Source: an uncultured Pseudomonadota bacterium
GTDB lineage: Bacteria; Pseudomonadota; Alphaproteobacteria; UBA9219
Direction: 5' to 3'
Length of the DNA stretch: 64,000 nt
NCBI GenBank assembly: GCA_903919315.1
Contig: CAIXHP010000023.1
Location: 30,031-94,030 of the forward strand
Shown here: piece after piece, positions 37,694 through 51,169 of the stretch
How the letters are laid out: the number at the start of each line of letters is the position of its first letter
Numbering within the stretch: the stretch's first letter is position 1
The notes under the pieces: model-generated
What the model saw: the letters and a program-made list of their open reading frames with translations, nothing else
Told to the model about the DNA's origin: nothing
Databases searched by the model: none
Position numbers and translations under genes: made by a program

Positions 37694-39388
37694 TCACCCC
37701 GCGCGGAGCGAGGTGAGGAAGGCGGTGAGTTTTTGTTTCAGTGTGCCGGATTCGGTCGAAAGGACGTTGGAGGATTCGAGGACGAGCGAGGCGGAGCGGC
37801 CTGTGCTTTCGGCGGCGGACTTCACGCTGACGATGTTGCTGGAAACCTCGGTTGTGCCAGTCGAAGCCTCTTGGATGTTCCGCGAAATTTCCTTGGTCGT
37901 CGCGCTTTGCTCCTCGACGGCTGAGGCGATGGCGGTGGCGATGCCGCTGATCTTGTTGATCGTCTGGCCGATGTTTTGGATGGCGCTGACGGCGGCCTGA
38001 GTCTCGTTTTGGATCGAGGTGATCTGGCCGGAGATTTCCTCCGTCGCCTTGGCCGTCTGGTTGGCGAGAACTTTGACTTCCGAGGCCACGACGGCAAAGC
38101 CTTTGCCCGCTTCGCCCGCGCGCGCGGCTTCGATGGTGGCGTTGAGCGCCAAAAGGTTGGTTTGCGAGGCGATTTCGTTGATCAGATTGACAACGTCGCC
38201 GACTTTTTGCGCCGACTGCGCCAGTTTTTCGATCATGGCGTTGGTGTTCTTGGCTTCTTCGACGGCGATGGTGGCGATGCGTGCCGAGTCATTAACGCGG
38301 TTGCCGATTTCACCGATGGAGCTAGACATTTCCTCGGTCGCCGCCGCCACGGTTTGAACGTTGGTGGAGGCTTGCTCGGCTGCTGCGGCCACGGTGGCCG
38401 ACTGCCGCGTGGTTTCTTCGGCGGTCGAAGAAAGGTCGGTCGCCGCGCCGCGCAGTGACTCGGCGGCGGACGATACTGTGTTGACGATCGAACCGACCTC
38501 CTTGTCAAAGGTCTCGGCCAGCTGCATGAGGGTCGCCTTACGGTCTTCCTCAGCCTTTTTCTTCAGCGATTCCTGCTCGGCCTTCATCTTTTCCATGGCG
38601 ACGGCGTTGTCACGGAAGACCTGAACCGACTTGGCGATGTCGCCGACTTCATCGCGGCGCTCCGTGTCGGGAACGTCGATGGCTGTCCGGCCTTCGGCCA
38701 GCTGCTTCATGACACCCAGCATGCTGCCGAGAGGTTTTGTGATGGAGCGGGAAACCACAGTGCCGAAGGCGAGGCCCAAAAGGATGGAAAGTACCGTGAT
38801 GGCGATGCTGGTGGATTTGCTGTTTTCGCTGACGGCCTTGGCTTTGTCGTATTCTTCCTTGGCGATGCGAACTTGCAGTTGGATGAGTTTGTCGGTGGGC
38901 TCCATGACGGTTTCATAGGCTTGCAGCAGCTCACCGGTTGTGATTGAACGAAATTCGTCTTTGCGTCCGGCCTTGGCGGCTTGCAAGGCCCGCTCGCCAA
39001 CGGCGGTATAAGCTTTGTAACCGTCGGAGAATTGTTCGGTCAGAGCCTTTTCTTCGGGCACGAGATACGTGGCGGTATATTCCTTCCACTGTGTCCTGAG
39101 CGATTGCTCCTTGGCGGCAATGTCGTTGGCCAACTCGGCCAGCTTGTCGCCCTCGGCACCCAGACCAATCTCAAAAAAGTCGGCCTGAGTCGTCGAGAGG
39201 TCGTCGTTGACCTGCGAAAGTTGACCGAGGCAGACGGTGCGATCTTCGTAAACGGTTTTCAATCCGCCCCAAACCGCATGGATACCGGTCAAGCTGATGT
39301 ACCCGACGACCACAAGGCCGACGGAGAGAAGGCCGATAACAAGTCCAATTTTTTTAGAAAAACGGATGTTGGCAAGCATCGATCTCAC
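37694..39388 (-). CDS. methyl-accepting chemotaxis protein
   Basis: N-terminal TM segment, HAMP region, conserved MCP signalling domain ([29 protein letters not shown]). Confidence 0.85.
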   Translation of the reverse strand: MRSMLANIRFSKKIGLVIGLLSVGLVVVGYISLTGIHAVWGGLKTVYEDRTVCLGQLSQVNDDLSTTQADFFEIGLGAEGDKLAELANDIAAKEQSLRTQWKEYTATYLVPEEKALTEQFSDGYKAYTAVGERALQAAKAGRKDEFRSITTGELLQAYETVMEPTDKLIQLQVRIAKEEYDKAKAVSENSKSTSIAITVLSILLGLAFGTVVSRSITKPLGSMLGVMKQLAEGRTAIDVPDTERRDEVGDIAKSVQVFRDNAVAMEKMKAEQESLKKKAEEDRKATLMQLAETFDKEVGSIVNTVSSAAESLRGAATDLSSTAEETTRQSATVAAAAEQASTNVQTVAAATEEMSSSIGEIGNRVNDSARIATIAVEEAKNTNAMIEKLAQSAQKVGDVVNLINEIASQTNLLALNATIEAARAGEAGKGFAVVASEVKVLANQTAKATEEISGQITSIQNETQAAVSAIQNIGQTINKISGIATAIASAVEEQSATTKEISRNIQEASTGTTEVSSNIVSVKSAAESTGRSASLVLESSNVLSTESGTLKQKLTAFLTSLRAG

Positions 39389-39614
39389 TCCGAAGTGGTT
39401 TGATGCGCCATCTTTATGGATTTATGGTTAAGGGGTCGTTAACGTCTGGGTGTGATGCGGTAATAATACATGGAGATTCAAGCTGTTATAGCGTGGTTAG
39501 CCGCATGCTAGCGTATGTAATTCTGGGGGTTTTTCTTGGGAAAACAGGCCTCGGCGAGCGGGATGGAAAAATACGATGTCTGAATTGTCGTTGGATGCCG
39601 CGCCGCTGATGCTC

Positions 39615-39863
39615 TCAGACGGCTTCGGCCTGAGCGGCGCCGATGGTTTCGCGCAAGTGGGTGACGACGTTGCGCCAGATGGCGCTGCGGCTCGTGTCGC
39701 CTTTGCGCTCGGCGGCGGCGGCTTCTCCGGCGGCGCGGGTGAGGGCGAGGGGGCCATAGCGGCCAGCCACCGACCGGGCCAAGGCCCAGATTTCACCCAT
39801 TTCGTCGCTCTTTGTGCCGTTCATCGTCGCCATCCGCTTGCTGCTCGATATTGAAGAAGCCAC
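39615..39863 (-). CDS. small hypothetical protein
   Basis: 82-aa ORF; weak translation signals. Confidence 0.3.
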   Translation of the reverse strand: MASSISSSKRMATMNGTKSDEMGEIWALARSVAGRYGPLALTRAAGEAAAAERKGDTSRSAIWRNVVTHLRETIGAAQAEAV

Positions 39864-39960
39864 GGCTTCGTGGCCGCTTTGAGGCAGAATACGGACGAGT
39901 TTTTGATATCTTGTTAACAGCGCCGCCTTTTTTCACAAAAAAAGCGCGGCAACGGCGCGA

Positions 39961-40917
39961 CTAGAGCGCCGGAGCTTCGCTGGGGTTGGCCAGTGCGCCG
40001 ATTTCCGGCAGCTCGGCGACCCAGCTTTCGAAAAGTCGGGCATAGGCGGTGCCGATACGCGCCACCCAGCTCTGCTGGATCGGCAAATCGCGTTCGCCGA
40101 TGGCCGTCACGAATTGCTTGTTGGCGGGGAGGCGGGTCACGTCCTGACGGGCTTCGGTAAGGGCGTTGGCCTTTTCGAGGAAATCGGGGCCGGACAGGAC
40201 GTATTTCTCGACGATGTTGGCGGCGAGAACGCTGATCTCGTCGGGCGAAAGCTTGAGAAGATGGGCCGGATGGTCGATCGGAAGCGCCAGCCGTCGCGTC
40301 GCCTCGTGGTTGGCCCGGTCGATCAGCTCCGACGTGTCAAAGGCCGCCGGAACCGAATAGGTCAGGGTCATGTGCGAGATAAACTCATGCCCGTTGGCAA
40401 AACCGCCGATGGCAAGCAAATCGGCCATAACCCGCGCTACGCGCGTCGAACCTGTCGCCTGCGCGACGAACAGCGCTGCTTCGGCATCGCGCCGTGCCCG
40501 GTGGCGGTACAGCCCGTAAAGCTCGGCCAGCGGCGAGGGCAGGTCGCTCTTGGCGATCCAAAAATCGCGCCCGACCAGATTGTCGGTTTCACGGTGATTA
40601 CGGCGGAAATGGTCGATCTCGGCGGCGGTCAACGGCAGATCAAGTCCGGCGGCGAGAAAGTCCTGCGCCTGATGGCCGCACAAACTGGCGACGGTTTGCC
40701 AGTCGTCGCCTTGCAGCGCCGCGCGTTCCGTCGAAGCCGACGCGCTCGGCGCGTGATTCGCGGGCCGCGAGGTGACACGAAACAGCCACGCGATGAGCTT
40801 TTGATCGGACGTCAGCGATGTAACATCGTCGTCCGAATTGGCGGGTTGCGGCAAATGGCCGATGTCGCCGTGAAAGCTGGTCTGGACTGTGGCCACGTTA
40901 TCCTCGCGGGTTGACAA
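39961..40917 (-). CDS. hypothetical protein
   Basis: 318-aa ORF with natural composition; the opposite-strand ORF is Arg/Gly-rich shadow. Confidence 0.55.
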   Translation of the reverse strand: MSTREDNVATVQTSFHGDIGHLPQPANSDDDVTSLTSDQKLIAWLFRVTSRPANHAPSASASTERAALQGDDWQTVASLCGHQAQDFLAAGLDLPLTAAEIDHFRRNHRETDNLVGRDFWIAKSDLPSPLAELYGLYRHRARRDAEAALFVAQATGSTRVARVMADLLAIGGFANGHEFISHMTLTYSVPAAFDTSELIDRANHEATRRLALPIDHPAHLLKLSPDEISVLAANIVEKYVLSGPDFLEKANALTEARQDVTRLPANKQFVTAIGERDLPIQQSWVARIGTAYARLFESWVAELPEIGALANPSEAPAL

Positions 40918-41187
40918 AGACGGGACGACTCCGGACGTGAAAGGAATGGGGGCGCATACTTATCCACAGGAACGCAAAAAGAAAACCCATGTCGATGCCG
41001 CAATGTTTTTAAAGGCAACGCCGCGACTCCGACGGATTCTTTTACCACAGAACATTAGTTTCATTAATCGGAAATTTACCAAAGTGAATCCGATTTTAAC
41101 AAACGGGAGGGTTTCCGAGTCGCTGTGCTTTGTGTGCAACAAATCGTTGCGCGAAGGGAATCATCGCGGCGGTCGCGTGCGTCCGGC

Positions 41188-41964
41188 TTAAACCTGAACA
41201 ACGATCTTTTGGTAAAAGCCGCCGAAGAAGCTGCGTTTGACGCGGATGCCGTTTTTGTGCGCGGCGGGAATCCATTCTTCGATCTCGTGCCGCCACAAAT
41301 CCGGCGCGAAAGGCTCGAGGACGCGCAAGACCGGCAACCAGATATAGCGCAGCGGGTGCCACCACGCGGGCTTGCCGAAATCGACGATCACGATCTTGCC
41401 GCCCGGCTTGACGACGCGAAAGGCCTCGGCCAGCGTCCGCGCGCGCGCCTCGCGCGGCTGTTCGTGCATCAGAAAAAAGAGCAGAGCGCGGTCATAGCTG
41501 GCATCGGGCAACCCCAGATTGGTCGAATCACGACGCATCAGGCGCGCCCTGTGGCCGTGGCCCAACTTGCTCGCCAGATTGTCCAACTGCGCAGGCGCGA
41601 CATCGATAACGTCAAAGCTGCCGCCGCAACGCCCGATTCGCTCCGCCAGCATCGGCGTGAGGCTGCCATAGCAGCAGGCGATTTGGATCGTCTTGCCGGG
41701 CAACAGCGGCCCCAGAGCCGCCAGAGCCGCGTCGCGCAACGGCGCATACCATCCCCACAGGATGAGATTCACCAGCCAAGGCCGCTCGAACACGCGCACG
41801 GCCCAAGGGCGGACATAGGCCCACCAGTAATGTTGCTCAAGATACGCGGGAATCGCCGGATCCGTCACATCCGCAGGCGGATTCGCAGGAAGATCAGGGA
41901 GGGCCGCAAGGACGGGAGCGTCGTCGTAAGGGCCGATTTGGGGCAAGGCCGAGGAGTGTTGCAT
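41188..41964 (-). CDS. class I SAM-dependent methyltransferase
   Basis: Rossmann MTase fold (KTIQIACCYGSLT...VIDV...VVKPGGKIVIVDF). Confidence 0.65.
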   Translation of the reverse strand: MQHSSALPQIGPYDDAPVLAALPDLPANPPADVTDPAIPAYLEQHYWWAYVRPWAVRVFERPWLVNLILWGWYAPLRDAALAALGPLLPGKTIQIACCYGSLTPMLAERIGRCGGSFDVIDVAPAQLDNLASKLGHGHRARLMRRDSTNLGLPDASYDRALLFFLMHEQPREARARTLAEAFRVVKPGGKIVIVDFGKPAWWHPLRYIWLPVLRVLEPFAPDLWRHEIEEWIPAAHKNGIRVKRSFFGGFYQKIVVQV

Positions 41965-42148
41965 ACAAAAGAACTAACGCCCATTTCGCTCCCGCACAAG
42001 CGGCTAATCGCCGCGCTGGAATTCCCGCTGAGTCGAACGTTTCATTATGGGATCAAGATGCAACAGAGGCGAAAAAATCGGAGCTTGTGCCGAGGGCGAA
42101 AATTCCCTATCGGTCTGGATCAAGCTCACCTTTGCCGGACGAAGCGCC

Positions 42149-43024
42149 ATGACCGAGAACAGCCCTTCCTTGCGGAACATCGCCGAGTTGATGAATGAAC
42201 TGCACGCCTACACGCGGCAGGTCGTGGTCATCAAGATCGGCGGGAACTCTATCGCGGAAGACCCCGACTTTCTGACCGCCATCGCGCAACAGATTGAATT
42301 CCTGCAAAGCCGTCACATCCGGATCGTTTTGGTCCACGGCGGCGGGCCGCAGATCGACCGCGCACTAACAGATGCCGGAATCACGCCGGTCAAAGGCGCT
42401 GACGGCCGCCGCGTCACCGACCCCGCGACGATGGCGGTCGTGGCGCAGGTCATGGGCGCGATCAGCCAAGACGTGACCGTGGCGTTGGAAGATCAGGGCT
42501 GCACGGCGTTCAACGCTTCGGCGCTGGGAGTCTGCTATGTGGAGGCGGAATCGCTGCAACCGGAGGAGTTTAGTCATCAGGATCGCACCGGCAGGCCCGT
42601 GGCCGTGGATGCCGAAGGTCTGTCGGCAAAGCTGGAGCAGGGCAAGATCGTCGTGCTGAATTCCGTCGGGCGCGGCGCGGACGGGCATGATTACAACGTC
42701 AACGCGGACGACTACGCCATGGCGGTGGCCTTGGCGCTCCGCGCGCGGCGGCTGATCCTCGCCACCAACGTCGCGGGCGTGTACGATGCCGAGAAGAAGC
42801 CGATTTCCCTGCTCACACCCAAAACGGCGAAAAGCCTGATCGCCTCCGGCGTGATCGCGGGCGGCATGATCCCCAAGGTGGAAAGCGCTCTGTCCGCCCT
42901 GACGCAAGGCGTCGGCGGCGTCGCCATCATCGACGCGCACAAAAACTGGGCCTTGCTCGGCGAATTGCTGACAAGGAAAGGCTTCGGCACGCTGATCGCG
43001 TCGCGCGAGCCGGAACTGTTTTAA
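42149..43024 (+). CDS. argB: acetylglutamate kinase
   Basis: VVIKIGGNSI...VLVHGGGPQ; amino-acid kinase fold throughout. Confidence 0.85.
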   Translation: MTENSPSLRNIAELMNELHAYTRQVVVIKIGGNSIAEDPDFLTAIAQQIEFLQSRHIRIVLVHGGGPQIDRALTDAGITPVKGADGRRVTDPATMAVVAQVMGAISQDVTVALEDQGCTAFNASALGVCYVEAESLQPEEFSHQDRTGRPVAVDAEGLSAKLEQGKIVVLNSVGRGADGHDYNVNADDYAMAVALALRARRLILATNVAGVYDAEKKPISLLTPKTAKSLIASGVIAGGMIPKVESALSALTQGVGGVAIIDAHKNWALLGELLTRKGFGTLIASREPELF

Positions 43025-43302
43025 CCATACGCGGGCCGCAACCAAAAAAACCGTTGTAGCCGGGAGCGGTATCTCTTACATTTTACGACAGGACAGGGCG
43101 CAAGTCGCGCCTCCCTATACTGGAAGGGCATGATTGCAGTGACGGTTTTGTTTCACTCGATGCGACGACGTACGCGCTCGGACAAGGTCTGAGGGCGGCC
43201 TTCTTGTTTCGCGTCGGTCGTGCCGCGCTTCTTCAGATCGGTGTCAAGGCAGCCACCCTTGGGTGGGAAGGGCGCGATCCATTTGCAGAATAGGGAATAG
43301 TT

Positions 43303-44112
43303 ATGTCCGTCACATTAACGCCGACGCAAAGCGAAGCGTCCGCCATCCACAATGTCCACCCTCCCGCGCACGGCGCGCTACCACATTACAGCTCACGGAC
43401 TCTGGTCGGCGAAGATTGGCTTGACCGCGTCATGGCCTTGCACGCGCAGGTGCGCGCCGAAATGCCGGAAAGTCAGCGTCACTTCCTGCTGCCCAAGCCG
43501 CCGGAATACTTCCGCGACCTTTTGACCGAAAAGACCGGCGCGTTGGTCGGCGTGTTCGTCGATGAAAAGCTGGCCGGTTTCATGGCGGTGGTGCGAACCG
43601 AGAGTTTTGCCGTGGCCCACGCGGCGGGACGCATCACCTGTCCGGACGACGATGGCCGTCTGGCGGCGGCCTTTGGCGTGGGTGAGGTGGGCGTGTGCCA
43701 ATCGATGTGCGTGCTGAACGCCTATCTGGGGCGCGGCATGTCGCGGCTTCAGGTGCAGGCGGCGGTGGCATGGGCGCGGCGGCACGAATGCCGCCATCTG
43801 TTCGCGCAAGTCGCGGATCAGAACATGCTGAGCTGGATGCGCTTTCTCGACGAGGATTTCTCCATCGTCGCGACGTGGGAGAGCGGCCATCGCCGCTTCC
43901 TGCTGCGGTGGTTGCCGCCGGAGGAAAAAGCCCGCCAGCTGCGCGATGCCACGCCGCTCGGCCTTCACGTCTTTCGCAAGGACTACGCGCAGGTTCCGGC
44001 TCTGGTCGCCGAATTGACGGCCAAGGTGCAGCGGGGGCATATTGTCTTCCTCGACAACATGGCCCACGAGGCCGGAGCGTTGCGCTTTGTGTTTGGACAG
44101 GTGGCGGGATGA
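43303..44112 (+). CDS. hypothetical protein, possible GNAT-like acyltransferase
   Basis: 269-aa ORF; ATGA-coupled to the downstream deacylase gene. Confidence 0.4.
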   Translation: MSVTLTPTQSEASAIHNVHPPAHGALPHYSSRTLVGEDWLDRVMALHAQVRAEMPESQRHFLLPKPPEYFRDLLTEKTGALVGVFVDEKLAGFMAVVRTESFAVAHAAGRITCPDDDGRLAAAFGVGEVGVCQSMCVLNAYLGRGMSRLQVQAAVAWARRHECRHLFAQVADQNMLSWMRFLDEDFSIVATWESGHRRFLLRWLPPEEKARQLRDATPLGLHVFRKDYAQVPALVAELTAKVQRGHIVFLDNMAHEAGALRFVFGQVAG

Positions 44113-44996
44113 TACATACTGTGACCTATACCGCCGAAACGCCGGGGCCAAAGCTGCTGGTTCTGGGGTCGGTGCATGGCAACGAAACCTGCGGCGCGTC
44201 GGCCATCCGGCGAGTCCTCGCGGCTTTGGATGCCGGACAACTGGAAATCACGCGCGGACAGGTGACGTTCGTCCCCGTCTGCAACCCCCGTGCCTATGAG
44301 GCGGGAAAACGCTTTGTCGAACGCGACCTGAACCGCTATCTGGTGCCGATGGAATCGCCGGACTGCTATGAGGCGCGGCTGGGCAACATCCTGTGTCCCC
44401 TTCTGGCGGAGTGCGATGCTCTGCTGGATATTCATTCCTACACCATCGGCGGCGAGGCCTTTGTCGTCATGGACGCGTCGGGCTCAAAGGCCGAGCATGA
44501 CTTTGCCGCCTGTCTGGGCGGAGACGTGGCTCTGTTGGGATGGAGCGAAGCCTACGCCGCTTCGGGCCGCGCCAGCGCGACGCCATCGGAAGAGTCCACC
44601 GGCACCGTCCAATACGCGCGTCGTTTCGGCGCATTGGCCGCCACGATCGAATGCGGCCAGCACAACGCGTCGCAGTCGCCCGACATCGCCTATCGCGCCA
44701 TTCGCAACGCTTTGGCGCATTTGGGCATGGTGGCGGACGAAGCCGTCGCCGCCCCGGCGACCAAGTTGCGCCGCATCACGATGACGCGCGTGTATTACCG
44801 CGACGAGCCGGGCGAACTCGCAAAGACATGGCACAATTTCGAGCGCGTCGTGGCCGGTCAGCCGATGGCGGTCTTTGGCTCGGGCGCAACGTGGCTCGCG
44901 CCGGAAGACGGTGTCATCATCCTGCCCAAGCCAAACGCGGACGTGGGCGAAGAATGGTTTTACTTCGGCGTGGAGAACAAAGAAACCGCGCCATGA
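44109..44996 (+). CDS. succinylglutamate desuccinylase/aspartoacylase (AstE/AspA) family Zn deacylase, paralogue 1
   Basis: Zn-binding GSVHGNETCG and LLDIHS motifs; ATGA overlaps on both sides. Confidence 0.7.
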   Translation: MIHTVTYTAETPGPKLLVLGSVHGNETCGASAIRRVLAALDAGQLEITRGQVTFVPVCNPRAYEAGKRFVERDLNRYLVPMESPDCYEARLGNILCPLLAECDALLDIHSYTIGGEAFVVMDASGSKAEHDFAACLGGDVALLGWSEAYAASGRASATPSEESTGTVQYARRFGALAATIECGQHNASQSPDIAYRAIRNALAHLGMVADEAVAAPATKLRRITMTRVYYRDEPGELAKTWHNFERVVAGQPMAVFGSGATWLAPEDGVIILPKPNADVGEEWFYFGVENKETAP

Positions 44997-45871
44997 TCAA
45001 ATCCGTCGCCTTTGCCGCTGAAACGCCCGGCCCGAAATTGCTGGTGCTGGGGGCCGTGCATGGCAACGAGCCTTGCGGCGCGGTGGCCATCCCGCACGTG
45101 ATCGCGGAACTGATGACGGGCAAGCGGAATCTGGTGCGTGGCCGCGTGACGTTCGTTCCCGTGTGCAACCCCCGCGCCTACGCCGCCGGAGAACGCTACA
45201 TCGACCGCAACCTGAACCGTTATCTGGTGCCGCAGGCGCACCCTGACTGTTACGAAGCGCGGTTGGGCAATATCCTGTGCGGTTTGTTGGCGGACTGCGA
45301 CGCGCTGCTCGACCTCCACTCCACGCCGCGCGGCAACGAGCCGCATGTGTATGTCGAGCCGTCAAATCCGGCCGAATACGCCTACGCCGCCCATCTAGGC
45401 CTACGTACCCTCATCACAGGATGGGAGGACGTTTACGCGGCAACCGACCGCAAGGCCGTCGAGCAAATTCATCCCGACGAAGGCATCGGCACCGAACAAG
45501 CGGTGCGCCGACGCGGCGGACTGGCCGCTCTGGTGGAATGCGGCCAAGACGGCGATCCGCAAGCGGTCGAAGTCGCTTACCGCGCCATCCACAACGCCTT
45601 AAAGCATTTCGGCATGGTCGAGGAAAAAGCGCTGGCTTCCGGAGCGACGCGCCTCGTGCGTATGACAAAAGTCTACTACCGCGACGACAACGGCGCTTTC
45701 ACGCGCCCGTGGCGCGACTTTGACCCCGTTGAAGCGGGCGAACCCATGGCCATACGCGCCAACGGGACCCGTCTGTGCGCCCCCGCCAACGGCCTCGTCG
45801 TCATGCCCCAGCCTGATTGCGCTCTGGGGCAGGAGTGGTTCTATTTCGGGGTCGAAGAAACGCGAGACTGA
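44993..45871 (+). CDS. AstE/AspA family Zn deacylase, paralogue 2
   Basis: GAVHGNEPCG...LLDLHS; collinear with paralogue 1. Confidence 0.7.
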   Translation: MIKSVAFAAETPGPKLLVLGAVHGNEPCGAVAIPHVIAELMTGKRNLVRGRVTFVPVCNPRAYAAGERYIDRNLNRYLVPQAHPDCYEARLGNILCGLLADCDALLDLHSTPRGNEPHVYVEPSNPAEYAYAAHLGLRTLITGWEDVYAATDRKAVEQIHPDEGIGTEQAVRRRGGLAALVECGQDGDPQAVEVAYRAIHNALKHFGMVEEKALASGATRLVRMTKVYYRDDNGAFTRPWRDFDPVEAGEPMAIRANGTRLCAPANGLVVMPQPDCALGQEWFYFGVEETRD

Positions 45872-47089
45872 TTTTGAATCCGGCATCGCGCGGCAGTTCA
45901 CGCGCCTGCAGCACAAGAAAAACCAGCAGAACGAGTGGCGTTAGCGGAACCCCGGCGCCGTTCAAACCAAAGACACACAGCGGCGACAGCCAGAGAAGAG
46001 CGAAAAAAAGCGTCTGCCAAAGAGGCAGAGGGCGGCCCCCGCTCGAAGCGAGAAAACTGACGACCGCAGCGCTCAAAAGCGTCATGTCATAGGAAAAAGA
46101 GTAGGGAGTAGCAAGAAGTGCCGCCGTTAGAAGAATAGCGTCGCGCCGCTCCGGTTTAATCGTGGACGTGCTGGCGATAGCGACAAGGAGCGCCGCATAG
46201 AGGGCTACCGCGATCGAGATGGCATAAGCCACAGCGGTCGGCGCACCGAGGTGGCGAGCCGCTGCGAAAGGCGACGGCATCATATCCAGATAGAATGCAG
46301 GGGCCAATTCCAAAAGGCGGCGTTGAAAAGGAACCGTCACGTTAAAAAACCCACGCCATGGTTCGGCCCCATATAAAAACAGAGCCAGCGCCGCCAACGC
46401 GAGGGCTGTCAGAAGGGCCGCCGCTATGACTTTCCCGTGACGTCCAAGCAGCAAGGCGAGCGGAACCATCAAACCGAGATGGGGCTTGAACGTGAGAAAG
46501 CCGAACAGAACACCCGCAAGTTTGGGCCGCGCATGCAAAAGCCGCAATCCACCCACAAGAAAGGCGGCGGTAAGAAAACCGTTTTGGCCTGAAACAATGT
46601 TTTCAAAACTGGCGGGCGCCAGCGCGAGAATGAGCGTCAAAACCCACGGGTTGGCGCGCCGATACGATACGGCGAAAGCGTAAAGCGCAAAAGTTCCTAT
46701 CGTCCAAAGGCCAAGCGCCACCGGATAGGAGAACAGACCAATAACCGTGATCCAGGGAATAAGATGGGGCGGATAGCTCCAGTTGTGAAGCTGATAAAAA
46801 AGCGGCCCAACAAAATGACGCTCGGCTTGATAGAACCGCCCTATATCAAACAAATCCGTAACGTGACCGTCGAGCGCGAGTTTTGCCCCTGACCACATGT
46901 TGATAAAATCATGGCCGACAATATGGCCGCTGTCTTCGAACAAACCATGAAGATCGCTAATGTAATTGACCAGAATACAAAGCCAGATGCAGACTAGAAA
47001 AAAGTGAAACACCCACGCCTGCGCCACCTGTGGCGGCCACATGGTATTCAGGCTGTCTGGTGGGCGATGGCCGGAATCGGGATGATTCA
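45801..47089 (-). CDS. GT87/DUF2029-family membrane glycosyltransferase (putative)
   Basis: Polytopic membrane protein; ATG 47089 lies 2 bp past the upstream gene's stop. Confidence 0.55.
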
Positions 47090-47091
47090 TG

Positions 47092-48609
47092 TTAACGGTG
47101 CTTTGCTGTTTCATTGGAAAAGAAGGACGCATAGTCGAATGTCTTGCTCTCGACCGCTGTCGTGTACACAGAATCCTTAGACTCCGGAAAAGGAAACCTG
47201 AGTATTTGGAGCGTGGAGGGTTGTTGTGGATCGAAGGGTTTAAGGCGCTGGGTACACCGGAGGCCAATGATCGTGTGGATTTGCTCCGTTCCGTTGAGAA
47301 GAATGCTGAGTTTGTCGGAAACGAAATTGTGATTGAAGTTCCAAAGGAATCGGCTGAGTTCCGTGGGGGCGTTCAGGACGGATTGGTCATAGGGAATATA
47401 ACCTGATTTCGTGTCCACCTCGTTCTTGAGAAGCGCGACATAGCGGCTCCAGTACCAAGTTGTTTTAATGTGCGCCGCAGACTGCAGAGTGAGAGCCAGT
47501 CCGACGAGCAGACAAAGATGACGAACGGGAAATTCATACTGGATCGGAACTTTCTTCGATGCCCCCGCAGACTCGCGCCATGCAAAAAACACCACAACCA
47601 GTTGCGCCGTGGCGTTGATGAAGACGTAGACAAGGCGCGTTCCGGTGACTTCGACGATTTGAATCGTGGTCGACAGGAGGCTGATGATGCCGAGACAAAA
47701 CAAGACGACCAATAACACACACGTCACATCGCCGATGCTTCGCCGCTTTCGAGGATGGGCAAAAACCAGCATAATGAGCGCGGCGAAGAAGGCGGAAAAG
47801 CTGGCGACCCAAACCTGCGGGATCAGCAGCGCCCACGGGAGAACATCGAACATGCTGAGTTGGGCGTAACGTTTGTAATTGTCCGGAATATGCTGCAAGT
47901 GATGCGCATAATACAGGGTGGTAATGGCGATGTAGCCCAGCAGCGCGATCCACAAGAGAGTCAGGGCGCGGGAGTCGCCGCCCTGACGCAGACGGACGAT
48001 AAGCGCGGCCCCGATAACCGGAAGGCTGAAGATCAACACTTCGCCGCCCCGAAACGCGAGGAGGCATAGGCCCAAAATCAATGCGATGTCCCAGCCGCGA
48101 AGGGATCGGTCGAAGAGAATGTAAAACAAGAGCGGCCAGCTCAGCGAAATAAAGACCTGCGGTTCCCATATAGCGTAAAGCGACATGCCGATGCCAAAGG
48201 ATGCGAACGCCAGCAACGCGAACAGGCCATAAGGCAGCTTGTTGGTCTTTCGTAGAACGTGCCAGCCGAGCCATCCCGCGATGATGGGGTGGATCAAGAG
48301 CGTGGCGGAAAAAACATACATGAGTACAGGTATGTTGTTCACGCCGCTCCACAACAATAGCAGGGTCGGAATCTGGTGGAGCGCTACGACGAAATCGCGG
48401 CGGTGGTGCAACACCTCGTCGTACCAAACAAAGTCGCGGGCGTTGAGGATGTCAAACAGCTCGACCGTCCCCTCCCAGATCAGCCCCCGGCAGGTGGCGA
48501 TGGCGAGGATCATGTGAAGCGCGAAAGCGCCAAGCCCCACGCCGAGCCACAGACGCGGCGAACCGAGATGCAGCAACAGGTTGCTTGACTCCGAGCGCGG
48601 CAGGGTCAT
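47092..48609 (-). CDS. polytopic integral membrane protein (hypothetical, possibly GT-C-like)
   Basis: More than 10 predicted TM segments; immediately downstream of gyrB. Confidence 0.5.
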   Translation of the reverse strand: MTLPRSESSNLLLHLGSPRLWLGVGLGAFALHMILAIATCRGLIWEGTVELFDILNARDFVWYDEVLHHRRDFVVALHQIPTLLLLWSGVNNIPVLMYVFSATLLIHPIIAGWLGWHVLRKTNKLPYGLFALLAFASFGIGMSLYAIWEPQVFISLSWPLLFYILFDRSLRGWDIALILGLCLLAFRGGEVLIFSLPVIGAALIVRLRQGGDSRALTLLWIALLGYIAITTLYYAHHLQHIPDNYKRYAQLSMFDVLPWALLIPQVWVASFSAFFAALIMLVFAHPRKRRSIGDVTCVLLVVLFCLGIISLLSTTIQIVEVTGTRLVYVFINATAQLVVVFFAWRESAGASKKVPIQYEFPVRHLCLLVGLALTLQSAAHIKTTWYWSRYVALLKNEVDTKSGYIPYDQSVLNAPTELSRFLWNFNHNFVSDKLSILLNGTEQIHTIIGLRCTQRLKPFDPQQPSTLQILRFPFPESKDSVYTTAVESKTFDYASFFSNETAKHR

Positions 48610-48619
48610 GCGGGCCTCG

Positions 48620-51067
<2,448 letters not shown>

Positions 51068-51169
51068 TCAGGTGGCCTTCAGCAGGGGTTTCTCAGCCCT
51101 TCTGAGTAGCACTCAACGCGTCGCGGCGCAACGTTCCAACGTGCCGAAAAGATTAGCGAATTGGGCGCT

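Noticed and set aside
40948-40956. Perfect DnaA box TTATCCACA in the 40.9-41.2 kb intergenic region
   Set aside because: A single isolated box without clustered boxes or an AT-rich DUE; insufficient to call an origin or DnaA-regulated promoter.
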